NCBI RefSeq assembly: GCF_006345805.1
Contig: NC_043000.1
Span: 104,098,001 to 104,162,000 of the forward strand
Direction: 5' to 3'
Source of the DNA: Octopus sinensis
Lineage: Eukaryota
DNA length: 64,000 bases
A program made the position numbers and the translations under genes. Below are positions 28,526 to 43,180 of this stretch, piece by piece; the stretch's first letter is position 1; each line of letters begins with the position of its first letter. Below the pieces are notes generated by a model, which ran no database searches, was not told where the DNA came from, and saw only the letters and a list, made by a program, of their open reading frames with translations.

Positions 28526-28999
28526 CCATATTAATTTAATATATTTTACAAGGTTCTAAGTTTTTGATTTTGGCATTTATATTTTTGAAGCTCGTCAATT
28601 AGCTTGTGCCTTTTTGCATATAATTTTTGCATATAATATATTCAACTGCAGTTGACAGGTGAATATATTATTTCTAAACTGATTGTTGAATCTCATCTGT
28701 AGTGTAGATCTTCCTGTAGATCACTTTAAATTTGAGGTAAGAAAAACTATCAGTATTGTTAGAAACTTTGCTTGATATTAAATTGTTTTAGAAATTTTTT
28801 ATATTAAGCTCTGGTTAAACTTAGTTACACTAAGATGTGTGTGTATCTGTATATATATATACTTTCAGAGTTTAAAAGCTATTTGAGGATAATATAGTTA
28901 TTGTATATCGTTCTAAAATATCTGTTACAATATAAGTTGTTCATCAGTTTTCATCTAATATCCCAGTTTGTCATCTACCACACACAGATGTACACACGT

Positions 29000-29031
<32 letters not shown>

Positions 29032-29784
29032 TGTATGTCAAAATCATCTTATTGAGAGGCACTGGCTGTGAATTTAAAATACTGAAAACTGGATGCATTA
29101 TCATGAATTCTGACCTTACTGCATCCATTGTGTTATGCCTCTGGGTAAGGCACATAACTCTACTTGTCTCAAACTGTTTGACAGTAAGTCTTGCTTTTAC
29201 TTCATAAATGCTGGAGTTCATAATTGGAAGGACATCCAACTATAAAAATAATCTATTTCAACAAGTATACCCTGTATCCAAATTAACCAAAAGTCATCCT
29301 ACTTATTCTGGTACACAAACATGGACGCCAAAATTTTTGAACATAGCAAAATACATCAGTTGCCTTTTAGAGATTTAAATGTTGCATTCTTGTTTATACA
29401 CTAACTTGAATTTATTAATGTAGAAAGTCATTTTTCTATGGTCAAGAAAATACTTCTGCAGATTTAAATATCTAGAAATGTTACTTTATAAGGGAAAAGG
29501 AAACGTCTTAGTCATTTTTAACTCTTGCCATGTTAAATAGTTGCTAACAAGTTTACTATTAAAATGAAAATAACTCAATAAAAATTGGAAAAAAATATAT
29601 ATATATAAATGTTAAAAAGAAACGTTTAATCAAAAGATTAGATTTAAAAAATATCATGGAAATAAAAACAAAATGAAAAAAATTTTGACAAAAACTTAAA
29701 TTACAAATTTGGGAAAGAAAAATCTCTCTCTGTGTCTGCTTCTCTCACTCTCTATCTGTCTGTCTATCTATCTATCTGTGTGTG

Positions 29785-29849
<65 letters not shown>

Positions 29850-31229
29850 CTAGTACATCATTTACATTTCATCAGTATTTTCCTCCATTTATATATATAT
29901 ATAATTCTTTTATGTTATTCAACTTGAAAATAATCTGGAAAAGACTGAAGAGAAAAACATTTTTTAAAAAAAAGCAAAAATGTTTCAGTTAATTTGAAAA
30001 TGGAAATGTATTGGTTTCTTTACTGACCTTCATTATGGTCTTGTCCTCAACTATATTTCAACATATAATACTCTGGCTTTTTCATTATTACAATACTAAC
30101 AGATGAACTCTGTATAAACTTTCATTTTTGTCTTTCATTCAGAACATTTTGTAAATAATGTGTGTGTGTGCATGTGTTTGTATGTGTGTGCATGTGTGTG
30201 CATGCACACAAATGAAATAGTCGTTGATGCCACACTATTACTTCTGTTTCTTAACCCTCTATTTGTTACCAGCTTTTCACTGTAACTTCTACATTCTTAT
30301 CCTTGTTACCATGCATATTTTGTGATTCAAAGCAGCACAAACTGTTCGTTTTTGTTTTACCAGAGACCTGCAATTATATATACTGGTAAATCACTAATGA
30401 GAAAGATAAAGGTAAATGTATAACATGAGATGTTCCATAGTAGTTTTTCGTGTTTTTGTTTTTTTTTTTTGTAAGGAAAACTACTTTAAATCTGTGAATC
30501 AAAATGTGTTTTTTGTTGTAATCTATATGTCTGGAACGGTTAAATTGTTTAAATATTACCACACCTTTCAGTGTTTAACTTTTATTTCTGTTTATGTAAT
30601 TATAAATTCCTTGTAATCTCTCTCCCTCTCTCTCACACACACACACACACACATACATACACACACACTGTTAATATTCATATGCATGTGTGTGCTTATT
30701 TCTTTATGTAGAAAAAAATCTTCATAAACTTATTGTAAATGCTACAGCAGATGGTAGGGCACTGGGAAAAAATGACTGGCAGCATTTAGTTGCATCTTTT
30801 TACATTCTGAGTTCAAATCCACACCTCACCTTGCGTCTTGCGTTTATTGGGAGCAAATATGCCTTTACCTCCTCTCAAGGTTGATTATTATTTATGTCAA
30901 AGAAAACGGTTTCTTAAGTCCACCTATATTGCATTTCCTGCCAATAATATCTAGGAACCATTTCTTGACCATCATTTAACTGCAGTAGACTGAAAGTTTT
31001 AAAGGGTAATTATTAAAAACAAATATCTTATAATGGCAGAAAATGAAAAGAAATGACTGAGAGGTGTTGACTGCTTCAACTTTATGAATATTTTTGCTGG
31101 AGATGCCTTCAGCACTTTCTTCATGTTGCTTTACACTGTCTGTATCTTTCAAAGTAAATGACAATCTTAGAATTTTCAACTCAACTTTTCTGGGCCCAAC
31201 CTTCCATTATCATCATATATATATCATGT

Positions 31230-31272
<43 letters not shown>

Positions 31273-31794
31273 GCATTATATATGAATTATATATATATAT
31301 ATATACATACATACATACACACATTATATATGAATTATATATACATAGTATATATATATTATTATATATTATGATATTATATTAAATGCATCTTACATAT
31401 TATGTATTAGGTAACACACTTAGTCGTGTGTATATATAAGCTGTTGCATGAAAGCCTCAGCATACCATTACCAACTAATTATCATAGTGCTTGTGTGGTT
31501 GAGTAATTAGACTTTTCCATTCACACCAGTGTGTGTGTGTGTGTGTAAATTTGTATAAGTTGGCAAGTTGTGAGAGTGAAGAGAATCCTGTTGCTCCAAG
31601 GCCTAGACCCAAAACATCAAGATTCTTCTCTCCTTACAGCATACAACAAATTTATTTAATTTTCAAACGTTATTAAATAATTTTTATCAACATTAGTTTC
31701 CTCAAATTTCTATTTATGATGCCTATGTATGTATATCAACAATGACGTATGTATGTATTATTATTATTATTAATATCATCATCGTCATCATTAG

Positions 31795-32219
31795 TAAGGT
31801 GAAGAGCTGGCAGAATTGTTAGCATGCTGGGCAAAATGCATAGTGATATTTCGTTTGTCCTTACATTTTGAGTTCAAATTCCGCCAAGGTTGACTTTGCC
31901 TTTCATCCTTTCAGGATCGAACAAAAAGGTACTAGTTGAGTACTGGGGTTGATGTAATTGACTATTCCCTCCCCAATTTCAAGCTTTGTACCTTTAGTAG
32001 AAAGGATTATTATTATTATCATTATTGAAGACAGTGAGCTGAGCTAGCAGAATTGTTAGTATGCCGGGCAAGATGCTTAGCAACATTCCATTTGTCTTCA
32101 CGTTCTGAGTTCAAATTCTGGTGAGGTCTACTTTGCCTGTCATCCTTTCAGGGTTGATAAAATAAGTACCAGTTGACTAGCCCTCCAAAATTTCAGGCCT
32201 CATGCTTTAATAGAAAGGC

Positions 32220-32257
<38 letters not shown>

Positions 32258-32470
32258 GGCAAGCTAACAGAATCATTAGTGCACTGGACGAAATCCTTAG
32301 CAGCATTTCGTCCATCGCTACATTCTGAATTCAAATTCCATCGAGTTTGACTTTACCTTTCATCCTTTCAGGGTCAATAAAATAAGTACCAGTTGAACAT
32401 TGGGGTGGAAGTAATCAACTCATCCCCACCTCCCCCAAGCTGCCCTTGTGGTAAAAATTTGAAATAATAA
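31795..32470 (+). mobile_element. Three head-to-tail copies of tRNA-derived SINE family B separated by (ATT)n tails
   Basis: Each copy has GAGCTGGCAGAA...TGAGTTCAAATTC...GACTTTGCCTTTCATCCTTTC...AATAAGTACCAG. The core resembles Deu/Nin-type SINE cores (from memory, unverified). Confidence 0.85.
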
Positions 32471-33934
32471 TATTATTATTATTATTATTACTATTATTAT
32501 TATTATTATTATTATCATCATCATTATTAATAGTAGTAGTAGTAGTAATAGAATTTTTCCTGTAATCATAACAAATAATTAAATAATTGGTATCTAGTTT
32601 CCTTTCTAGTAATTTAAGAGGAAATTTTTGTTTTTTAGTAGGTGGGTCTTTTTTTTTTCTTTTTCTAATTTCGACCTGAAAAATCTGTTCAGTATACATT
32701 TATTAAAGTGTGTGTGTGTGTATCTAGTATCCATTCATGCAATTTATTTAAATTCTCTCTTAACTGCTTATTTCAATACAGAGATTATATTTTCTTTATA
32801 CTTTAACCTTTTATTCAAAGTGAGAGAGAAGGGATGTATGTACATGTCTTAGTGTTTCTCTGTGTGTTTGTATGTATTCATGTAACAATTACAACAAACC
32901 TGGGAAAAATCATTAAATTCTGTTGAGTTTGAAATTTAAACAATGCAAAATTCTGGTTCTACAGTCCAATATAGAAACATATTTCCCATTAATGGTAGAA
33001 CATTCTTGTTTTCAATGCCATTTAATTTCTCTAAGATTTGTTATATCATATATATATATATATATAGTTATGTGTATATGTATGTGTATCATGTGCACAT
33101 ATACATAAACACATCCACATTTATAAGTTAAATTAATGAAATATTTTGTTTCCACAGTGTTCCATAATTGCCCCACTTTTTACATAGCATGTCATACATA
33201 TTACATTCTTTTGATAACTGTACATACGAGTTGTAAAATTTATTCACTTTATTTTTTATCTTTTAATCCCCTCCCCCCAATATTATATTTGTACAGTTTT
33301 GGAAATATTCATAAATGTCTGATATCCATCATATCTGATATTAGCAATGTAGTGTAGTTTACAAAAAAAAAGTAATAATAAATGTAGAGGATTGCCTCTG
33401 TTAACAAGTAGAAGGGGGAAAAAATAACCCATTTAAGCTCATTAATAAATCAGTTTCTTTTTATTAAAAAGATATTCTTTTTCATTTACATTTAAATATT
33501 CATTTATATGTTTCATTGTTTCATAGAATAGATTTGTTATTTATTGTTGTTGTTAACCATAATAATGCTTATCATTGTCATAATAATAATCATCACCTTC
33601 ATCATCATCATTATCCTATACAATTTTATCAACTATTTTATGCTGATGACACTTCTGATGATAATGAAATTTATTCAGCCAGATTGGGCAATAAATGATT
33701 TTCAAAAGTTTCTAACTATTTTGCCATTGGCTGGATGCTTTAGCACTTTTGTGATTCTCTTATTGTCATGTTTTTACAACCCTTTACCATCAATTGTTGA
33801 CAAAAATTTGTTCCGAAGTTTTGTGTCATACATGTTACCTTAACATTGTAAATAATCCTTATTCAACATGTTTCTATTTCTTCTATCTCTCATTCTCTCT
33901 CTCTCTCTCTCTCTCTCTTCATGTGTGTGTGTGT

Positions 33935-33990
<56 letters not shown>

Positions 33991-34074
33991 CGCATATTCT
34001 TTTACTCATTTGACATCATGTTACTTTGGATGCCCTGTACATTACTAAAGATAACCATTGCACACTCATGTGCA

Positions 34075-34108
<34 letters not shown>

Positions 34109-35509
34109 TATATATTGTTTTTCCTTTAAACAGCTTTTATTACTTGTGTGGTTTATCTTTATAAAAAGATAAAGGGTTCAGGAATTTAGTTTTTCTTTTT
34201 TTTTTCCACCTTTAAACTAAATATCAATAAAAGCCATGTGATGTAAGTTAATTTTTATTTAATCGATGATTAATCTACCAAAAAATTTTATTTGTTTACG
34301 TGGATACAAAATTCACCTAAAAATTTCCTATGAACTATAAAAATTTTTGTGTGGCTTAAGGGCTTAAGAGAAATTAAGTATTGTTTACTCTTTTGATTTA
34401 ATTTCTCAGTTTAGTTTATGGCTCAGTATCAGAACTGTCTTCTCTTTGTTGTCAATGTGTTTGCGATTTACTACCCTTTAATGATGCATTAATGTTTTGA
34501 GAAGAAAAAAGTTTTTATAAACCTTAATTCCCCCTACCATCACCACCACCACTATCAACTGATTTTACTTCTGCAATTATAGTTTTACCGCACATTTTAA
34601 TGGACCAGTAGTATTGAGAGATTCCATTTAAATCTAGTTCATCGACGTCTCTCTCTCCTATCTTCTCTCTCTCTCTCCTCTTCTCTCCCTCTCTTTTCTT
34701 TCTCCACTTTGTAGATTATTTTTGAATTGTCTAATTCAAATATTTTAAATCTTTGTTGTTGGAATTGTTATATAAAAGTTGTAATCAAAATGAATATGTA
34801 TTAAATGTGAGGCTTAAAAAAAGTATGATGAAAGAAAACACACATGAAAATTTAGTACAAACAGTCAAATTAAACTTCATTGTTCCATGCAAAATTTTCT
34901 TTAAAATCACCTAATTTGTATTTCAAAGAATGTTTTGCAAGTGTTAGCTACTATTGTTAAATTAAACTAGTAATATTGTTTGGTTAACCTTTTGCATGCT
35001 GCAGGCTACTGTGGTCATCATATACTGTTTATTATTATTATTACTATGTCATACTACTACTTATTGTATGTTGTATGTATCTTTGACCTTTATTTTGGCT
35101 TGTTTGGGGTTATTGTTGTTGTTGTTGGATGGAGGGGGGGTCTTCTAAAACAATCAGATGCAAAATTTTTACAAATGCTCCCAAATAGATTTCAAAAGAA
35201 GACAAAAAAAAAATAAACACTGAATTTTGTTAGTGTCTTTTTCTCATGTTAAGATAGAACTTTAAATGTTTAAAACAAAATATATATATATATATTTTTT
35301 TTGGTGGGGTTGTTATGATTAAAATATGACAGGAATTGCTTATCCCCACCCCTCACAGCATTATTACTGCACTACTACTACTACTACTATATGAACCACA
35401 ACAACAACGATGATCATTGACAGAATATTTACAAATATTGCTACTCATTCTTACGAAAAGGGTTGCATTAACTGTTGTTATTATTATCATCATCATCATT
35501 ATTATTACC

Positions 35510-35560
<51 letters not shown>

Positions 35561-36526
35561 GATTGGATTTTATTTGCCCCACTTATTGTTTATTTTATTT
35601 CTTTTCCAAAAGAAAAAACAACAAAAAGAATATATAAACCATGAATTTCTGTTAATACAGAGGTTAGATATATAAATATATATAAATATATTTTTCTAAT
35701 AAGTCTTTCTTAAAAAATTAATTACAAAAAAAAAAGAGAAATATTATAAAATAAATTAAATAAATAAATATATGAAGAAAAAAAATCAGTAAAAAAAAAA
35801 ACAGGGGAAAAAATTACTTACATAAAAATTGATAATTTAGAGAAATCAAAGAGAATGTCTTGAATAAAGAAATGTTGACCACTAACTCAATTGACTGTAG
35901 AAATGAATAAGAAAGGATTGTCCAATATGAAAGATAAAAATAAACATTGTTTATTTGTTTGTGGCTCAGTGCTGTGTATCTTAACAAAAATTTGTTGGGT
36001 GTAGTTGGTGGAGACCTGTTTGAATAGTGGAACAAATTAACAAGGAAGGGATTGTTATTAGAAGTTATAAAAACAATATTAAAAAACAAAAAAAAATATT
36101 AAAAATATAATTGCTCAGGGATAAGATTTTTACAAGTCAGATGGTGTGAAAGAAGAGGAAAAGAAAGGAAATTATTTTATTGCCTCATTAATATGATGCA
36201 TGTGTGTGCACATGCACATGTTTGTGCATAAACATATATATGTATATGAATATATATGGATGTGTGAGCGTGTGTATGTGTTTGTGTGTGTGTGTGTATA
36301 TATATATATATGTATATATTTATATGTATATATATATATATGTAGCTATGTATATGTATGTAAATGTATGTATATGTATCTATATGTATGTATATATGTA
36401 TATGTGTATATATATGTATATATTTGTATATGTATATGTATGTATACATGTACATATATCGATGTATCTATATATATCTATGTATATATGTGTGTGTATT
36501 ATATATGTATGTGTATCTATATGTGT

Positions 36527-36584
<58 letters not shown>

Positions 36585-36699
36585 GTATGTATGTATGTAT
36601 GTATGTATGCATATGTACAGACATGACAGAAGTAAATAGACACCCCATAAAACATGACATTTTTATGTTTCTATATGTGACTGTTTAATCATCCTGTGT

Positions 36700-37670
36700 A
36701 CAAAAAAATCCTTGGAAATGTCTGCATTTCAAAGAAGCCGTATTGTGCTGAAGGTGATCTTACTTTCTAAAGTTAATAGAGTGATTGTGCAATTCACCAG
36801 AGAGGGGAAGGAGTCCACATCACCTTGCCCTGATCAACCAGGGCTGTCTGACAGGACCCTTCTCTTTGCTAAGAGAAGTATGGAGGATAATCCTTGTTGC
36901 AAGGCCTCTAACATAGCAGAACAAGTTGATGTCAGTCCCAGAACAGCTGTCAGGTATCTCCACAAATTTGGCTACTATGGCGCAGCTGCAAAGAAGGAAG
37001 CCACTTCTTCAACTAGCCAACATCAAGCGGAGAAAAGACTAGGCCAGTGAGTTGGTGGAGAGGCCACTAACATTTTGGAACACTGTCATATTCTTTGATG
37101 AGTCCAGATTTGCTGTATTTCCTGACAGTGTTTAAGTATGGATCTGGAGACTCTGTGATCAAGAATTTGATGTGAAAAAATTGCAGCCAACAATGAAACA
37201 TGGCAGCTATTCTACGATGGTCTGGAGAGCAATTTGGAGCAATGTTTGATCAGAGCCTGTAGAGTGTGAGGGAAACATAAACTCAGATGTATATGTGTCT
37301 ATATTGCAGAAAGGACTCCTTCCAATCTTCTCCAGTGGTGAAATGATTAAAGACAACTCTTTTTTTTTATGGACAAGGGGCTCCTTGTTGCACAGCTAAA
37401 ACCCCAAGATTTGATGGATGAGAATGGCATTTTAAAAGTTCCATGGTCAAGCCAGTCACTGGATATGAACCCTATTGAACATCTCTGGGGCATAATGGAC
37501 AGGACACTTCATAAACAGACCAAGAAAGTGTCTTCAAAGCCAGATCTTTTTAGATTACTGCATGAAACTTGACAAGAAATTCCACAAGAGAGTATTCGTC
37601 ATCTGATCAGTAACATGCCTAATAGGGTCCTTGCTTTGAAAAATGCAAAGGGTATGTTTACTAAATATTA
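36700..37670 (+). mobile_element. Tc1-family transposase pseudogene
   Basis: HTH region (VSPRTAVRYLHKFG), [30 protein letters not shown] and C-terminal NMPNRVLALKNAKG, with stops and frameshifts. Confidence 0.9.
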
Positions 37671-37861
37671 AATATTCACATTATAACAATCAATAAATAA
37701 TTTGAATGTATAATTTCAGATTTAAATGAATTTTAATGATGATAAGGGTGCCTGCTTACTTCTGTCATGTCTGTGTGTATATATATATGTATGTATATCT
37801 ATTTATATAGATTTAAGCATATATATATATATACATGTATATGTATGTGTGTATATATCTG

Positions 37862-37894
<33 letters not shown>

Positions 37895-40800
37895 TAGCAT
37901 ATGTATATATATCTATATGTGTATATGTATATATGCACATGTATTTGTATATATATGTATATGTATATATATATTTGTATATATATGTGTGTGTATGTAA
38001 CCATATGCATATATGACAACTGAGGCAATATTATTTACATTTATTAAGGTCCAGTGGGTGGTTACTCTCCCTTAATATATATGTGTGTGTGGTGTGTGTG
38101 CCTGTGTATGTGTTTGTGTGTGTATATATATGTGCACACAATATGCATGTGCGTATATGTGGGTGGATGATGTATGTATATATCTTTCTGTATATTTAAA
38201 CATATATGTGTGTTTATATATATATACACACACACATATTTGTGTGTATATATGTATATATATATTTACACACACACATATATATATGTTAATATATACA
38301 CACATATATATACAGATATAATATGTATTTCAACGCACAGTGACCCATCAGTTTCTTTCAATTTTTACATTTGGTTTTTGTTCCTAAAATTCCTCAAGTT
38401 TAAAGTTGGTAAAAATATCCTACATAGTGCCTACATTCAGATAAGAATTATTTTTCCTAGTTCAAATCTCCATCCCAAATTATTGTTTTTTTAAATTTTA
38501 TTTTAATCATTTAATAAACAAAATTTTTTTTTTAAAGTATTATATATATATATGTATATATAAGGCAAAAAATGTTAAGTACACAGCAACATCTTTTAGT
38601 GTGAGCCAAATTAATCATGGGACATCTGGCCCTTCTTCTCTCTTATACTATTCTTCTTCTAAGTTTTGTGCTAGTTAGGTTAGGAAATATTACATCATTA
38701 TATTCATTACATTAGCAAACTTTTCATTCATGTTCTAAAAGCTCTGTATCATTTTATTGTGGTTAATAACAAATAATATTCTAACATCCCAGTCTCCTAT
38801 ATATTATTTTTTGTTACATAGAATACTTGTGCAAGAAATATAATAATCATTAATTATATACAATATCCGGTTCAGGCTTTATTAATTAATTTCACAAGAG
38901 TTGCAATATTATATATAATATATGGACTTGCTTATCACTTCGTGTATGTAAATTTGCTGAGACAGACTAAAATGAGTAGCAGTCTAAATGCATAATAGGA
39001 TTTAGCTTCGTCACTTTCTCTCTGAGTCACTCTTCCACATGCAAATCCCACTGAGATCAACTTTGTCTTTCATTTTTTTAAGAGTAAATTAAACATATAT
39101 CAGGGTATTGTAGAACTGAGGCAATCACTTATACAACACATTCTCAGCAACTGGCCTTGTGCTTAGATAAGAATCCATTATATCTCATTTTTTTAATTGA
39201 TACATTTAAGAAATACGGAAAGATATTAGGGTACATGTGTGTTCATGGAAAGACTATCAAATATAGCTGTAGCCATAAATTCTTATTGTCTTAAAGAGGT
39301 TGGGGGTAGGCAAAAATATGTAGCATTTAATTTCTACTTTGGTCTGTTTTTGTTAAAATCTCCCTCACTGCTCTTCTGTTTACGTTTTTCATATGTGAAA
39401 TAACCATATGTATTCGATCACAGTTTTGGATAACTTGTTTTATAGACCAGTTGAATTTTTCATGATTTTTTTTTTTAATTCAGAGATATTTAAACAAACA
39501 AATAAAAAGCTTGTAAATCTCTGTCAGGAACATGGGATAATCGCACCCAGATACTACCATAGCTCTGATGTTTTTGCATTAAAAATCTGATTTATATTCT
39601 TTCATATGACACATTCTGTTGCTTCTTATATCCTTTATTTCTCTAATCTTTCAAAATTTTATTTTATTTTTAATTATTGCTATTATCATTATAAATCCTT
39701 AAACATTTTCCCTCTTGCTTGGTATAGTGAAGGTAATATTACTTCACTCAAGAATTGTGTATGTGGTGAATGTTATTATGCTTTACCCAGAAATTGTGGG
39801 AGAAGAGTGTGTGAAGGTTTCTAAGACCTTATCCATAATCATCTGAAAAGGCAATTTGAACTGTTCTTAATGTGTATTACACCATATGCATATATCCTTT
39901 GTGTATATATGTACATATGTTTATTTATGTAACATTGAAGTAAAAGACAACAGAATGAAAAAAATAAAGTGTTTGTTTTTATTTTTCAAATAAAAATTAT
40001 TTTTAAATGCTAGACAAAAACCTTACATATTTACAGTATCCATAAAGCTCTCTTCTCAGCAACATTTTAACTAGCTTATAGTATCTGTCATTGTTTGGTA
40101 CAAGCAGTAGCAATAGTCTTTTCTGTCAATGCTTACTAATGAAACAGAATGAAAGTGGAAGAATTAGAGGCAGATTTTCAATTTGATTTCACTTTTTCTC
40201 ACCATTTCCAGGACGACAAAGGTTTAGATGACACTGTAAATGGAGGTTTTTGCATTAAACACCATATAAAGCTGGTCTATATGGAAGGAAATGTTTTAAA
40301 GTCAATTTATGTCAAATGAAAATCAGCATGTGCTAAAACAGAAGTTTAGAACTAAAATCATTATTTCTAGATGACAATTACCATATTTTCCAGTATCAAG
40401 AATGCCATTTTTACCTAAAATATCTCCCAAAAATTGAACATGTATCTCAAAGGATGAAGTTTACAGTTTTTGTTAGCCAGTTTTAACCCCAGAGGAAGGT
40501 TATCTCTGCTAAACTCAACATTTCTTGCATCTGTATGTCATTAAGAACATCTTAATAAAGTATAGGAAAGTGCTGAGACCATATTTTCATGTTTACTTTT
40601 GTTTAAAAATTTTCAAATCAAAATCAGAAGTATGTTTTTGAGGTCAGAGCATCCTACATTTCAGAAAATATGGTAATCAGCAAACTTTTGACAAAAACAT
40701 ATCTAGCTTCTTCCACGAAATACTTGATGAAGAAAAATGAAGTGATATCTCATTCTTTAATAATACAGCTACTCTGAACAATTAATTTAATGATTTGTAT

Positions 40801-41944
40801 CAATAAAATTAAAAACCATTTATTCCATTAACTATTAGTCATCTACCATACCAAAATCAAATCAACATTACTGATGTGATTCTAAATGTCTTTCTTTACT
40901 CTGACTAATGCTAAAGTTTGGTGATGTTGTATATTAATGAGACATAGTCATTCACGGATCGTAACAGTCCTATCCATCTTTTCAAAGATTTAATCTCTTA
41001 TCTGTTACTTATTCTTGTAATCTATCATTTAGAAATAGCTCATGAAAAATTTCAAAGATTGTGCTATCTTGCCAATTATTAAAAATAAAATGCATTTCAA
41101 TCGTGAATCTGTGTCCAATTACTAATTTTTGTATCTAATTATTATGCCCTCCATTTCTTTCACAGTAATTTACAGTCTCTAAAACAACTGGATAACACTA
41201 TTGTGCAAAATTATTACATTGTGGAATATTGAGATTGTTTCCAATAACTTACATAATCTGATTATCAGACGTTTGCTTCAGTTTTTCATTCATGCAAACC
41301 ACCCTAGTTTGTTAAAATCAAGACCATTTACAATATTGGATTTCTCTTGTTTCTTGAGGTGATATATATTTAGTATATTCAGTAAATCATCATCATTGTC
41401 ATAATCATCAATTAAAGTCATTTTTACATATATCTGTTAGTTGAGTCTGAAAATAACATATCATTTGTCTTGATCCTGCATCATCTCACCAATCTGTTGT
41501 ATCAAACTCAGTATTTGATTGATGTTTTAGTGAAAGCAAAACACTGATTCCAAAACTCTGCTGCATTGTGACTGTATCCAGCTATGGAAAAGGTTTGGGA
41601 GATAAACCTTGAGGAAAAATCGTGAGTTGGAGCTCCTGGGACAGTTTGATATCGTCAACACCTCATTTTGGCAGCTCCTGTGACAACATTGGTGCCAAAT
41701 TGTAATGGTGTGGAGAGAGAGACTTGCTGCATGAGCAATAACTATCCTCCAAACCATACTGCCCAGCCTTGATTCCTATTGAACACCCTATAAGGGAAGA
41801 CACTAATTTTAAATTTAAGTTGTCCACCCTATTGTTCCAATAGGGTGGACAACTTTGACTCTCACCATGGTCATTATTGACAGACAGAGGCCCAAGTATA
41901 CTGTTATTTTTTTTTTATTTTGTTGCCCCCCCCCCTCCCTAAAG

Positions 41945-42221
41945 CCAGCATCAGCAGGATTTGAACTCAGAATGAAAAAATGCTACAAGGCATTTTAACT
42001 GGTGCTATGATGATTCTGTTAATCTACCTCTTGGATAAGAGGAATTTCTGACATAGACCCAAGGCCCTAACATTTTGAAAGAGAGATATTGTCAACTTAA
42101 TTGATCTCAAGTATTTAACTAGTACTGCATTCCATTAATTTCAGAAAAATGAGAGGTCAAAGTTGACTTCAACAGAATTTAAATTTGGGGCAGGTGATGA
42201 TAAGAGAGACATTATTATTAC

Positions 42222-42261
<40 letters not shown>

Positions 42262-42690
42262 GAAGGTAATGAGCTGGCAGAACCATTAGCATGTAGGGTA
42301 AAATGCTTAGTGACATTTCATCCATCTTTACAATCTGAGTTAAAATTCCACTGAGGTCGACTTTGCCTTTCTTAATTTTCGGGCTCAATAAAATAAGTAC
42401 TGATTGAGTACTGGGATTGATGTAATCGATTATCCCCTCCTCCAAATGTCAAACCTTGTGCCTATAGTAGAAAGGATTATTATTATTACTATTGAAGGTG
42501 GTGAGCTGGCAGAATCATTAGTACATGGGATAAAATGCTTAGCAGCATTTCACCTGTTTTTATGATCTTAGTTCAAATTCTGCTGAGGTTGACTTTGCCT
42601 TTCATCATCTTGTGGGGTCAATAAAATAAGTACCAGCTGAACACTAGGAATGATGCAAAATTGCTGGCTTTGTGCCAAAATTTGAAACCA

Positions 42691-42749
<59 letters not shown>

Positions 42750-43180
42750 GAAGATGGTAAGCTAGCAGATTGTGTTAGCACATTGGACAATTTGCTTAGC
42801 AACATTTCTTTTAACTGCACATTCTGAACTCAGATTCCGCCAAAGTTTACTTTGCTTTCATCTTTTCAGGGTTGACAAAATAAGTACCAGTTGAGCACTG
42901 AGGTCAGTGTAATTGATAAGCTCCCATCCCACCCATCGAAGTTTCAGGCCTGGTGCCTATAGTAGAAAAGATTATCATTATTACTATAGAAGGTAGTAAG
43001 CTGGCAGAAGTCTTAGCACCCCAGACAAAATGCTTAGTAGCATTTCTTCTGCCTTTGGTTTCTTCTGCCTTTGCCAAAGTCAAATTTACCTTTCATCATT
43101 TTGGAATCAATAAAATAAGTACCAGTTGAACACTGGGGTTAACATAATCAAAATTGCAGGTTTTGTACCTATAGTAGAAA
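41945..43180. mobile_element. SINE family B cluster: one minus copy (about 41945-42190) then four head-to-tail plus copies (about 42262-43180)
   Basis: Same motifs as 31795-32470, with (ATT)n linkers. Confidence 0.85.
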
